A DNA stretch of 54,042 nucleotides from an uncultured virus (IMG/VR IMGVR_UViG_3300024308_000022) (taxonomy: Duplodnaviria; Heunggongvirae; Uroviricota; Caudoviricetes), in IMG/VR virus record IMGVR_UViG_3300024308_000022, positions 62,001 to 116,042 of that record; one strand, written 5' to 3'. The notes beneath the pieces are model-generated. The model saw only the letters and a program-made list of their open reading frames with translations, had not been told where the DNA came from and searched no databases. Positions 1-8,696 of the stretch are shown piece by piece. Position 1 is the first letter of the stretch; each line of letters starts with the position of its first letter. Both the position numbers and the translations under genes were made by a program.

Positions 1-64
1 TCCGTGTTCTTCAGTTTAAGGAAAAGACTAGTTGCAAAGTTAATGCGATTGGGTGTAGAGTAAG

Positions 65-628
65 ATGCAGTACGTTACTTCTGATACGCATCTCGACCAC
101 GAGAAAGCACTAACGCTCAACAACCGTCCTTTCTCAACTCTCGCTGAGTTCGAGGACTATTTCTTCGAGCAGGCCAATGCATTACCAGACAATGCCACAC
201 TGTATATCCTTGGTGACTTCGTCGTACAACACCGACCAGAAAACTTACATCGTTTATTGAAACGTTTTAAGTTGACTCTGAAGTTAGTGTTTACTCCCGG
301 AAACCACGACCATCGGTTAAGTGACGTCTTCGCTGTATACGGGCAGACATCACCTATTATTGAAATTAAACACTTCAAACGAAAGGTGGTGTTGTCCCAC
401 ATGCCGATGACGGAATGGAACCAAGGACACCACGGCGCAATCCACCTATTCGGACATTGTCACGGTCGGTACAAACATCACGGGAAGTCGTTAGACGTCG
501 GGTGGGATACACAGCAACGTATTTACTCGTTGGACGAGGCTATTGCATTAGCTGACCAAAACCCAATCTTTCAACCTTGCCATTCACAAAACAATGGTTT
601 ACTGAACGTACCAGAGAAACGGTACTAG
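65..628 (+). CDS. Calcineurin-like metallophosphoesterase
   Basis: Complete motif set SDTH, LGDF, GNHD, SH, GHCH in the expected order. Confidence 0.9.
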   Translation: MQYVTSDTHLDHEKALTLNNRPFSTLAEFEDYFFEQANALPDNATLYILGDFVVQHRPENLHRLLKRFKLTLKLVFTPGNHDHRLSDVFAVYGQTSPIIEIKHFKRKVVLSHMPMTEWNQGHHGAIHLFGHCHGRYKHHGKSLDVGWDTQQRIYSLDEAIALADQNPIFQPCHSQNNGLLNVPEKRY

Positions 629-636
629 GAGGTAAA

Positions 637-897
637 GTGTTTGAATACAACTTCACAACTCAAGCATTGGTGTCTTTAGGGTACGCGCTGCGGTTTCCTA
701 AAATCGATTTCTACCAACGATCGGTTACGTTGTTGAATCGGTATTGGGAACTTTTCGCAAAGGCACCAGAAGCACAGTGGGGCGAATACGTCAAACAACA
801 GTCAGCTGGACTAACCCACGATCAGCGCGTGACGTCATTAATGTACGACGTGCGTGCGTGGGTCAAGAAAACTCAGGAGGTTTTATGTCGAACTTAA
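637..897 (+). CDS. Hypothetical protein
   Basis: ORF 577..897; likely start GTG 637 after GGAGG. Confidence 0.55.
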   Translation: MFEYNFTTQALVSLGYALRFPKIDFYQRSVTLLNRYWELFAKAPEAQWGEYVKQQSAGLTHDQRVTSLMYDVRAWVKKTQEVLCRT

Positions 898-1193
898 CAC
901 ACGTTGTAAATATCGCGTCTGATGTACATCGCCCTTTAGCATTCAAAGGGTCTTTAAAACGCTGTAGAATGCTGCTGGATGTATTTCTGGACGACGGCGT
1001 CTCTGTAGACTCTTTACTGTTAGTCACAGCCCAGTCGATCATTGGTGGGTACTTACGCCCTCGCACTGTGGACTTCACGGCATACAACAACCCACACCTA
1101 CCTGAAGACCAGCAGGATGAGTGGATTGATAAAGAAGGGTTAGTGCGTACCACGAGTGACGTACTTGTGTATTACCGTACTGAACGAAATTAA
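885..1193 (+). CDS. Hypothetical protein
   Basis: ORF 744..1193; ATG 885 follows AGGAGG. Confidence 0.65.
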   Translation: MSNLTHVVNIASDVHRPLAFKGSLKRCRMLLDVFLDDGVSVDSLLLVTAQSIIGGYLRPRTVDFTAYNNPHLPEDQQDEWIDKEGLVRTTSDVLVYYRTERN

Positions 1194-1206
1194 AGGAGTA
1201 ATAGCA

Positions 1207-2100
1207 GTGTCAGAAGTCGATGAATTACGACCTTTAAAACAACCTGTATTTGAACTACAGTACGTTTACACTGAAGACGATGAATTTCAGATACGTGTTA
1301 ATGCTCAGGGAGATCTGATCAACTTCAATGGTCCGTATATCCGCATCCGGTTTGATCGTAAAGTGGAACTTCAGGAAAACGAAGAATATGGGGTGTTCTT
1401 AGTGGCGACTGGAACAACCTACGCAGGACGTGGTTGGCCTTACGATGTTGCTGTAGTACCTTCTCGTTCTGTGGTGATCGGTGCTGTACGTAAAGACTAC
1501 GAACTCAACCGCTTACGCACGTTCCCAAGAGAAGCTGTCGAACTACTTTACAGCGGCGACGTGGCATTCAGAACAATCCAAGGAATCGATACAACGTTAG
1601 GGATAGAGAGTCTCGATTCACTTGCGGTAGACCTCTGTGCAAATCGCGGATATTTCTTTAAACATCTCCATAACGTATCTCCTAGAGATTACGACAGAGA
1701 AAGAGAGAACATCGAAGTTTGCGATCTCACGTACTTAAGAAAACAAGTCGATCTTTCCGTGCCTGAGGAAACACTCCTGCAGGCACGCAGATGGCTTCTG
1801 TCCTGTAGAAACAAGCAGATCGAAGAGCTGATGTACTCGACCTACAACCACCCCACACTTGGAGATATAACCATTTTGACTCCAAATACGACATGGGTGG
1901 GCGGACCTACCTTCGTACGTGACGTTTTACAGCACCTACTGAAAACAAAGGTGGGTTACGACACTAACGTGGGATTAACATTGGGTGTCGTGTCGCGGCT
2001 TGCGGATCAGAGAACGACCAAAAAACGAAGAGAGTTTACAACGGAAGGACTTACTTTCGTTGAGACCCTACCGAACTACTTTGTCCTAAAGGAGAACTAA
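1207..2100 (+). CDS. Hypothetical protein
   Basis: ORF 1156..2100; GTG 1207 follows AAAGGAG; tightly packed operon. Confidence 0.7.
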   Translation: MSEVDELRPLKQPVFELQYVYTEDDEFQIRVNAQGDLINFNGPYIRIRFDRKVELQENEEYGVFLVATGTTYAGRGWPYDVAVVPSRSVVIGAVRKDYELNRLRTFPREAVELLYSGDVAFRTIQGIDTTLGIESLDSLAVDLCANRGYFFKHLHNVSPRDYDRERENIEVCDLTYLRKQVDLSVPEETLLQARRWLLSCRNKQIEELMYSTYNHPTLGDITILTPNTTWVGGPTFVRDVLQHLLKTKVGYDTNVGLTLGVVSRLADQRTTKKRREFTTEGLTFVETLPNYFVLKEN

Positions 2101-2103
2101 CCA

Positions 2104-3258
2104 ATGCAAGATTTTCAAACATTACTAAAACTGTTCGTAGAGTTCGCAAAAGAACTCATAGCACAACCAGAACAAGACGATAGTTTCTATCCAACCCATA
2201 GCAGCCGCCTCGTACGACGTGAGCTGTTCCTACAACCACAAAGTTTTAAAGACGCTTTATCGCAACTCAACACCTTTACAGGAACGGAATGCGAGATCGC
2301 ATTCCTCAAAGCCATTGAAGCTTTAGAATTAACGAAAATCAAACCTGATAGTCGTTGGCCTGAGCTGTACCAATCGTTATACAACGCTGCGTACAGCGAC
2401 GAGTACGCGTATGAGTTACTCCAAGCGTTCTCGCGGGACGTACGGCTACCAGAGAACGCGGAGCTGGTTCGTAACGTGTGTAGTAAAACCCAGTTAGCAG
2501 AACTCTTGTTTGACCGCAAAGGCGCGAATACTCTACGTTTCATACTGGATGAGTCGATGGACATTCGTACGTTTGAGGTCTACGTCCGTAGTTTCGATAA
2601 ACAAATCGGTGTCGTCAAAGACGCAGTCTGGGGAGCCGACGCTGGTGAGCCTATCTTTATCGGCTCTATCCTAGCGATGGCCTACGGCGCTCCAATGGAA
2701 CTTTCTACCAACTTCCAAACGTATCGTGAGGTGTTAAAAACCTTACCTCACTGGGACTACATCAACGAAGCGTTTTGGTTGAAGTGGGTGCATCGTCGGG
2801 TGGTGATCAAAGACCCCACACGCGAGATTCCTCAGTGGGCAAGAGACGCGATGGATTCCAAGTCTCCTGACTTTTTCTACGAGCAGGTACGGGCAGGAAA
2901 TGCAGCAGATATCATCCAGTTCTTTGGGGCAGGGTTGTATCAACAACGAGTAGGGCTGTTACTGGAGACGTTACAGAAACAGTTACGTATCGACCTGACT
3001 CCTACCGATCCTGAGTTACTACCGCTGGCTCGAGTATTCTGGCAAACACTGATTGATCACAGTGTACCAGACTACATCCTGATCAACCAACGTGTGCACA
3101 AGTACTTAACCACACTGAAGTGTCGTCAGGACTTTGCTGAGCAGATCCGTGAAGAGGAACGTAAGAAACTCTCAGGGAAAGTCAACCACCTGAAACAAAC
3201 CTTAAAGTCTACGTTGGACGATTTAGAGGAGCCCGAAGATGGCGCGGAACGCTTCTGA
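2104..3258 (+). CDS. Hypothetical protein (384 aa, mostly helical)
   Basis: Long ORF with AAGGAG RBS. Confidence 0.75.
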   Translation: MQDFQTLLKLFVEFAKELIAQPEQDDSFYPTHSSRLVRRELFLQPQSFKDALSQLNTFTGTECEIAFLKAIEALELTKIKPDSRWPELYQSLYNAAYSDEYAYELLQAFSRDVRLPENAELVRNVCSKTQLAELLFDRKGANTLRFILDESMDIRTFEVYVRSFDKQIGVVKDAVWGADAGEPIFIGSILAMAYGAPMELSTNFQTYREVLKTLPHWDYINEAFWLKWVHRRVVIKDPTREIPQWARDAMDSKSPDFFYEQVRAGNAADIIQFFGAGLYQQRVGLLLETLQKQLRIDLTPTDPELLPLARVFWQTLIDHSVPDYILINQRVHKYLTTLKCRQDFAEQIREEERKKLSGKVNHLKQTLKSTLDDLEEPEDGAERF

Positions 3259-3433
3259 AACGCGACCTAACCTGGGGGTGGTGGCACCCCCAGAGCCACC
3301 ACCGAAACGGATTATCAACGAGAACATCAGTCCTCGCGGGTTTCTGTTTATCGCGTTGTTCTTATTCGCAGTAGGGCAACTGTTCGTATTACTTTACTTA
3401 GTGTCTGGAGGATTGAAATGTCCGACGTATTAA
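3239..3433 (+). CDS. Small membrane protein
   Basis: GAGGAG RBS; one hydrophobic segment FLFIALFLFAVGQLFVLLYLV. Confidence 0.6.
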   Translation: MARNASETRPNLGVVAPPEPPPKRIINENISPRGFLFIALFLFAVGQLFVLLYLVSGGLKCPTY

Positions 3434-3936
3434 AGATCTATTTAGTTGAGGGCGGCAACGCAACCATTCGGAATTACGACGGTGTTCCACTGGCGATGTT
3501 TAACGACCACACTGTGCACCCTTTAGCAGAAGGGTTTGAATACGCGTTGATTCGTTTTACGAACTTACTGTACATCGCACAGGTGCCTCGGAATCCGGGA
3601 GTACCGTACATCCACGCAACGGTACCGGGGCAAAAAAGTGACTTTGCGGTCATTGACGTTTTCTTAAAAGGAGACGAAGAGGAGAACGATGTGTTATTGT
3701 TCGATGAAGGGACTTTGACCGATGCGCCGCGACGCATTCGAAATGGCGTGTTACAAGCCAAAGCAGCTACGTGCACTTACACACTTGCGGCACTCAAGCA
3801 CTCGGATAGTGAATGTTTGGTTATCGATCTAGCATCGGACCAACGTACAGTCGTCGCGTGTGCTGGCGCTCCAGTGGGAGACCAAGAACTCATCGGGTGT
3901 GACTTTACCCCTGTGTTACGACAATTTGGTTTATAG
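3418..3936 (+). CDS. Hypothetical protein
   Basis: GGAGG RBS, overlaps the upstream gene. Confidence 0.7.
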   Translation: MSDVLKIYLVEGGNATIRNYDGVPLAMFNDHTVHPLAEGFEYALIRFTNLLYIAQVPRNPGVPYIHATVPGQKSDFAVIDVFLKGDEEENDVLLFDEGTLTDAPRRIRNGVLQAKAATCTYTLAALKHSDSECLVIDLASDQRTVVACAGAPVGDQELIGCDFTPVLRQFGL

Positions 3937-3946
3937 GGGGTTACGC

Positions 3947-4120
3947 ATGCCGTCTAAAAGTAAACAGCAGCACGACTTAATGCAAGCGGTTGCGCACGAC
4001 AAGGAACTCTCTGAGAAAACAGAGATTCCTCGGGAGGTTGCAAAAGAATTCGTAGCGGCTGATAAAGCCGCTGGGAAGTTTCAACCTAAACAAAAACCGA
4101 AGTCGGCGGAGTGGGAATAA
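3947..4120 (+). CDS. Small conserved phage protein (MPSKSKQQ...AKEF type)
   Basis: ATG 3947 after AGGGGG; resembles a recurring small phage protein family recalled from memory. Confidence 0.65.
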   Translation: MPSKSKQQHDLMQAVAHDKELSEKTEIPREVAKEFVAADKAAGKFQPKQKPKSAEWE

Positions 4121-4180
4121 ATGGGGTTAGTACTCGCGTTTATTGTTATAACCAAACGACGTTACATTGGGGTGTGAACT

Positions 4181-4582
4181 ATGAAGGTGTTTTTGTTAGC
4201 CCTGATAGGGGTACTAACTTTAACTGGGTGTTCGGATGACCCAAATGAACTCAGGGAATTTTCTGTCTACGAAATAATGCGGGTTGTTGAATTACACGAC
4301 AAACAACTGGTACAGAAACCATCCCAGTGTAGTGTGGTGATCAGTTATACTGACGTTGGTGGTTGGCCGCATACAAATTTCGTCGTACACAAAAAATGTT
4401 ACGACGGACTAACAACCACCACACAAAAAATCTTCGGATTTAACGTCACTAAACCGACAGTTTCGAGATCTGACGATCTGGGAATGAGGTATGTATTTTA
4501 CCGACCACTGGTACTGAAACATAACGGAACCCATTGGGTGATCACTAACATTCCTGAGATAGAACAGACGAAAGGAGTCTGA
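4181..4582 (+). CDS. Putative lipoprotein (paralogue 1)
   Basis: MK + hydrophobic core + lipobox LTGC. Confidence 0.75.
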   Translation: MKVFLLALIGVLTLTGCSDDPNELREFSVYEIMRVVELHDKQLVQKPSQCSVVISYTDVGGWPHTNFVVHKKCYDGLTTTTQKIFGFNVTKPTVSRSDDLGMRYVFYRPLVLKHNGTHWVITNIPEIEQTKGV

Positions 4583-4584
4583 TA

Positions 4585-5001
4585 ATGAAATCGTTTCTAA
4601 CGGGCGCTTTACTCATGTTGGCGGTGTTGTTCTTAGGGTGCGGTGAACCACGCACCACACAACCACCGAAATTTGAAAACCCTAAGGGTACGTACGCGTG
4701 GTTTGGGGAGAAAGCTGAAACTGCCAGTCGACGTGTCGCGGAAGACCCTAGCTGCGTAGTGATTATCCGTGCTCGATCCACTAACCACAATTACATACAC
4801 ATCAACGTTAACGCGCACTGCGCGCATTCGGATGAGCTTGCGCTATATGGGTTTACTGTGATTGATGATTCCCACGAGTTGATCAACAACCCTTCTTTAT
4901 ACCAAGCGTTCTACCAACCCATCGTGTTACAAAAACGTGAAGGTGTTTGGAAAGCCATCAACCTTATCGATTATCGGGTGCTCAAAAACCCGGCACTTTA
5001 A
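4585..5001 (+). CDS. Putative lipoprotein (paralogue 2)
   Basis: MK + hydrophobic core + FLGC; aligns by eye with 4181..4582. Confidence 0.75.
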   Translation: MKSFLTGALLMLAVLFLGCGEPRTTQPPKFENPKGTYAWFGEKAETASRRVAEDPSCVVIIRARSTNHNYIHINVNAHCAHSDELALYGFTVIDDSHELINNPSLYQAFYQPIVLQKREGVWKAINLIDYRVLKNPAL

Positions 5002-5020
5002 CCAAAAAAAGGAGAGTACC

Positions 5021-5452
5021 ATGCATAACACTGTAAACGTCATCGTTGGTAAACGTCAAACAGGTAAAACCCTCAAAGCCAAAGCGCTGATTTTACAATT
5101 CATCGCAGAGCACCACTCTGCCGAGTCGCAAGTTCACGTCGCAGGTCACGATAAAGTCGTCGTGAACGACACCCTAAAAGCGTTCAATAGTTTCCTCACA
5201 GCGGAACAAATAGACCGTATCCGTTTGATGACACCTACAGGCGGCGCAGGACTTACCACAGAAACAGGAATGATCGAACTAGGGATTCGATTGAACAACC
5301 ACGTGTTGAAACTGGAACCTCAGTGTTTCTATCTGCAGGACGTTCCGGCAAAGTCCATTCCCGCGTTTTTGATCCTTGCTGAGTCTGCTCCACACCACAC
5401 CTGGATCATCGAGGCGATTACTCCTCATACAGACGCTGCTGTATTCTCGTAA
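5021..5452 (+). CDS. Small P-loop NTPase-like protein
   Basis: N-terminal Walker A VIVGKRQTGKT; possible Walker B FYLQD; AAGGAG RBS. Confidence 0.6.
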   Translation: MHNTVNVIVGKRQTGKTLKAKALILQFIAEHHSAESQVHVAGHDKVVVNDTLKAFNSFLTAEQIDRIRLMTPTGGAGLTTETGMIELGIRLNNHVLKLEPQCFYLQDVPAKSIPAFLILAESAPHHTWIIEAITPHTDAAVFS

Positions 5453-5491
5453 CGCTCCAATTCTGTGCACCGGAGGCTGGGAGGTACAGAG

Positions 5492-5803
5492 ATGGGGTGG
5501 GAGTTACTACTGACAGCAGGGATCGCGTACGTCATCGGAGGCAGTACAGTGTACTGGTATCACAAAGCCAGACAAACACTGTACTACGCCACACTAACGC
5601 GAGTCAAAGAACACGACCAGCTAGTGACTGTATGTTTAGTAGGACCTTGTGTGCTTCCTAGCGAGGAGCACACAGAGGAGTATATCCGTGTACGGGATCG
5701 TTTTTTACAGCACTACCCAGAACACTTTTTAATCCGTTGGAGTGTAGCCATGCGGTATTACGAAGAGCCTGGGAATGGGTATCGAGTATGGAGAGGGGAG
5801 TAA
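5492..5803 (+). CDS. Membrane-anchored hypothetical protein
   Basis: ATG 5492 after GGAGG; N-terminal hydrophobic helix. Confidence 0.6.
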   Translation: MGWELLLTAGIAYVIGGSTVYWYHKARQTLYYATLTRVKEHDQLVTVCLVGPCVLPSEEHTEEYIRVRDRFLQHYPEHFLIRWSVAMRYYEEPGNGYRVWRGE

Positions 5804-5804
5804 A

Positions 5805-5924
5805 ATGATAGAAGGGGTGTTGGTCTTCATTGCAGCGATGTCACTCATTGCAATGGGAGGGCATGCTTTGTTAAAGGTCTTGTTCGTGGAGGAAGAAGAA
5901 TGTCACTCAGAGAAAAACTCTTAA
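5805..5924 (+). CDS. Small membrane peptide (39 aa, not in ORF track)
   Basis: GGGGAG RBS; MIEGVLVFIAAMSLIAMGGHALLKVLFVEEEECHSEKNS fills the gap between two genes. Confidence 0.5.
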   Translation: MIEGVLVFIAAMSLIAMGGHALLKVLFVEEEECHSEKNS

Positions 5925-6523
5925 GTTTAGAAAATGCAAGCGCTGTAATACCACCGTTACCGCAGTCTCCAAATAAAATCGTTGGGACCGGGACGACGGA
6001 AAGAGCGCCGCTGTATGACGAGTATATCGTAGTAGACCCCGAAACAGTAAACGGTAGTTTAGGGTCTGTGAAGTTTCAAACAGGTCCTCTAAAGGAAGTA
6101 GGCGCTAATGGAGTGTTTGTAGAAGACTTATTAGCGATCGCCGAACATCGCTTACAGTGCTATCAGCAAACCGCGTTTGCGTGCCCTGAGAACACCACCG
6201 CTATCCGTGGGTTACGTAGCGCACAACACGCTTTAAGAGCGCGTACAGAGCGCCGTACGGCAGCCGGTACGGAAGGCACGACACAGGTAGACTCTACAGA
6301 GAAACGTCTGATACGGTTCTGCTCAGACGACTATGACGACGGGATGTTCTGGTTTGTGTCTGTCTACACCGACGGTGCCACAGAAGAACACAAACGGTGG
6401 GTGAAGGATGACGCTGGCTACGAGCTCATCCAACGGCTGTTTGATCACGTCACCGACCCACAGCTTTTAAAGGACTTGGCGCTTCTGCATACGACAGAAG
6501 AGTTTGAGAAAGCGGTTGAATAA
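5900..6523 (+). CDS. tad1: Tad1-like immune-signal sponge with C-terminal extension
   Basis: VKFQTGP.KE...NGV..EDLL.I..HRL..YQ...F...EN...R...R...GT follows the recalled Tad1 pattern IKFQKG..HGV...DLLEI..DRL..FQ.GPF..REN..R...R...GT. Confidence 0.8.
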   Translation: MSLREKLLSLENASAVIPPLPQSPNKIVGTGTTERAPLYDEYIVVDPETVNGSLGSVKFQTGPLKEVGANGVFVEDLLAIAEHRLQCYQQTAFACPENTTAIRGLRSAQHALRARTERRTAAGTEGTTQVDSTEKRLIRFCSDDYDDGMFWFVSVYTDGATEEHKRWVKDDAGYELIQRLFDHVTDPQLLKDLALLHTTEEFEKAVE

Positions 6524-6527
6524 ATAT

Positions 6528-6556
6528 CAGGGAGGGCTTCGGCTCTCCCTGTGCCG
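6528..6556 (+). terminator. Terminator-like hairpin
   Basis: CAGGGAGGGC-TTCG-GCTCTCCCTG followed by TGCCG. Confidence 0.75.
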
Positions 6557-6557
6557 T

Positions 6558-6593
6558 CTCGAAAGTTTTATAGATATAAATTATAGAGTTGAG
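6558..6593 (+). promoter_or_regulatory. Putative early phage promoter
   Basis: Core AGATATANATTAT; 32/36 identical to 37589..37624 upstream of chimallin. Confidence 0.75.
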
Positions 6594-6622
6594 AATTTGC
6601 CCCGCAATTCAAAGGAGTGCTA

Positions 6623-7288
6623 ATGCGCGTTTTAAAAGAAGAAGAACTACAGGCGTTACCGCCACTTGGGTTTGACCTTGATACCGTCTCGGTACTTGGT
6701 GTAAAACCTTTAGAGCTCGACTGGCCTCAGTCGTTACGGGATAAGATCCACACGAACGGTCGTGGGAATCAAACGGTGGTGTTACCGATAGACCGCGTAC
6801 AAACCACCAAGATCTGTTACAACGAGTTGTTAGGCTGTAGTAATACGTTGGTACTCACAGGTCTACAAAACTTCACTGAGTCTCACGTAAGAGCTCCTGC
6901 GGACCTTTTAGACTACATCACCACGTACCTGCTGTGGCCCAGTAAAGGAATCACCCCTCCTTTACATACCGATCTTGCAATCCCTCATCCACATCCAAAC
7001 TACATCGAGTGGTCAGTCGGTGGTAAACAAAGCGTGTGGCTTCGGGCTGACGTGGTCGTCGGTACACTGATTGTGTTACTCGCCACACTGGACGGAGTAG
7101 ATCGATTCACCACGAAGTACAACGAACGGGAAATACGTACGTTCTTACAACGACACCTGACTGTTGTCTGTGTGCTGCTACGGCACTTTCTAAACCACAA
7201 CCGACAGCACCACGAATCGGTGTTACTCAGCAAAAAACCACAACACCTTACAGGGTATGTCAAACCTGTGGTGTTTGTAAACGCTTAA
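6623..7288 (+). CDS. Hypothetical early protein
   Basis: AAAGGAG RBS; first gene after the promoter motif. Confidence 0.7.
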   Translation: MRVLKEEELQALPPLGFDLDTVSVLGVKPLELDWPQSLRDKIHTNGRGNQTVVLPIDRVQTTKICYNELLGCSNTLVLTGLQNFTESHVRAPADLLDYITTYLLWPSKGITPPLHTDLAIPHPHPNYIEWSVGGKQSVWLRADVVVGTLIVLLATLDGVDRFTTKYNEREIRTFLQRHLTVVCVLLRHFLNHNRQHHESVLLSKKPQHLTGYVKPVVFVNA

Positions 7289-7307
7289 CTGTAAAAAGGA
7301 AACCACC

Positions 7308-7394
7308 ATGAACCAACCCCACCACCCGACGGCTGAATTGCTCGACCGGGTACGTACACGCCTACAAGCGCTGAAACAGAACATCCAATCGTAG
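7308..7394 (+). CDS. Small ORF (28 aa, not in ORF track)
   Basis: AAAAAGGAA RBS of the same form as the next gene; MNQPHHPTAELLDRVRTRLQALKQNIQS. Confidence 0.5.
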   Translation: MNQPHHPTAELLDRVRTRLQALKQNIQS

Positions 7395-7481
7395 TAAATA
7401 AATACCGGACACCGCACATCTGTTGCGTGGTCCTCGTAAACCACAACTTTTCTCTAAACCTAAAAAAGGAAACCGTCAATC

Positions 7482-7964
7482 ATGACAACCATTACTCAAA
7501 AAGTAAAAGACATTGCTGCCGAAAACAAAGCTGACGTAAGCTTAGCCGAACAGATCGTAATCGCTACACACGAAGCTGGCGTGGCTAAAGCCGAAGGCAA
7601 TCCATTCGTAGACCTGGCTCCTGAAGACTTACGTCCACACATCCCTTCTTACCAAAACTGGGAACGTAGCTTCATCGCTGCTGCTACTTTAGCTGGCGGC
7701 ATGGCGAACGTCGGTGCGATGTCAGGCGACAAGTCGTTAGACTCTGCAACCACCACAGTACAAATGGGCGACAACGAACTGACTGTGAAAAACTTACGTT
7801 CAGGTTTAGTAAACGCTGGTCCTGGCACTGGTGAGAAGAAAGAAATCCCTGGTCAACTGAAAGTCAACTACGACGTGAGTGCTGCTGGTGCTTCTCGTGG
7901 TGAACTGAAGAAAGCGAAGACGATTGTGCATCAATACGCTGCTGCAATCCTGTCTGGCGAATAA
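7482..7964 (+). CDS. Probably highly expressed protein of unknown function
   Basis: Strong RBS, strongly biased codons (GCT, GGT/GGC, CGT, AAC), own terminator. Confidence 0.8.
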   Translation: MTTITQKVKDIAAENKADVSLAEQIVIATHEAGVAKAEGNPFVDLAPEDLRPHIPSYQNWERSFIAAATLAGGMANVGAMSGDKSLDSATTTVQMGDNELTVKNLRSGLVNAGPGTGEKKEIPGQLKVNYDVSAAGASRGELKKAKTIVHQYAAAILSGE

Positions 7965-7977
7965 GTCCTGGTGTACA

Positions 7978-8007
7978 GCAGAAGGGAGGGGAAACCCTCC
8001 CTTCTGT
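7978..8007 (+). terminator. Terminator-like hairpin
   Basis: GCAGAAGGGAGGG-GAAA-CCCTCCCTTCTGT. Confidence 0.75.
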
Positions 8008-8046
8008 CTGCTATTTCTGTTTGATTCTTTTTTGAAAGGGTAAGCT

Positions 8047-8487
8047 ATGCGCAAAAAGCAAATTGTTATCAAAGTACACGCAGCTGCCGGATCTGGTAAA
8101 ACAGCAATCGCTGATCTGATCCAAGAAACATTAGTCGCTACTGGCGTGAACGACCTAAACATCATCCGTAGTCAATCTCACGCTCCGGAAGCTGTAAACC
8201 CGTTGGGGTGTGTTCCAGAGATTCCTCCGAGTATGTTTGCTGAGATGGAAGTCGTGATTCACGAACACCACGCCGTGTTACAACCCAGTGGTGTGTTTAC
8301 CTACTTTGAAGAACTCAAAGTGGGAGATCTGCCGGAGTTAGATCCGAGACTTTACAACAACGCTGTCGCTGAAGACGAAGACGGTTTGTGCCAACGTAAA
8401 GCAGAACGTATTGCCCGTCTGATCCAACTGATTCCAGATGAACAACGCGGGTTGGTGTTACAGAAACTTCATTCGTTAATTTACTAA
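8047..8487 (+). CDS. Small protein with N-terminal P-loop
   Basis: IKVHAAAGSGKT Walker A-like motif. Confidence 0.6.
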   Translation: MRKKQIVIKVHAAAGSGKTAIADLIQETLVATGVNDLNIIRSQSHAPEAVNPLGCVPEIPPSMFAEMEVVIHEHHAVLQPSGVFTYFEELKVGDLPELDPRLYNNAVAEDEDGLCQRKAERIARLIQLIPDEQRGLVLQKLHSLIY

Positions 8488-8501
8488 GAGCAGCAGACCA
8501 G

Positions 8502-8696
8502 ATGTCGTTGGTAGAATTAAAATTCCTCTTCCCTCTTTTACTAGAGTTAGGGAAATTCATCGCAGTTATCAGCGTGGTCCTTGCAACCGCTCTAGAACTC
8601 ACCGTACGAGGTTTAAGGAGGTTACGTGGAGTGTTACACCATTCAACTGTCACAACACCGCCTCGTGACGCCAGAGAGCGGCATACTGCTTCTTGA
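8502..8696 (+). CDS. Possible small membrane protein
   Basis: Hydrophobic N-terminal half fills the gap; weak RBS and 71-nt overlap with the next gene. Confidence 0.35.
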   Translation: MSLVELKFLFPLLLELGKFIAVISVVLATALELTVRGLRRLRGVLHHSTVTTPPRDARERHTAS

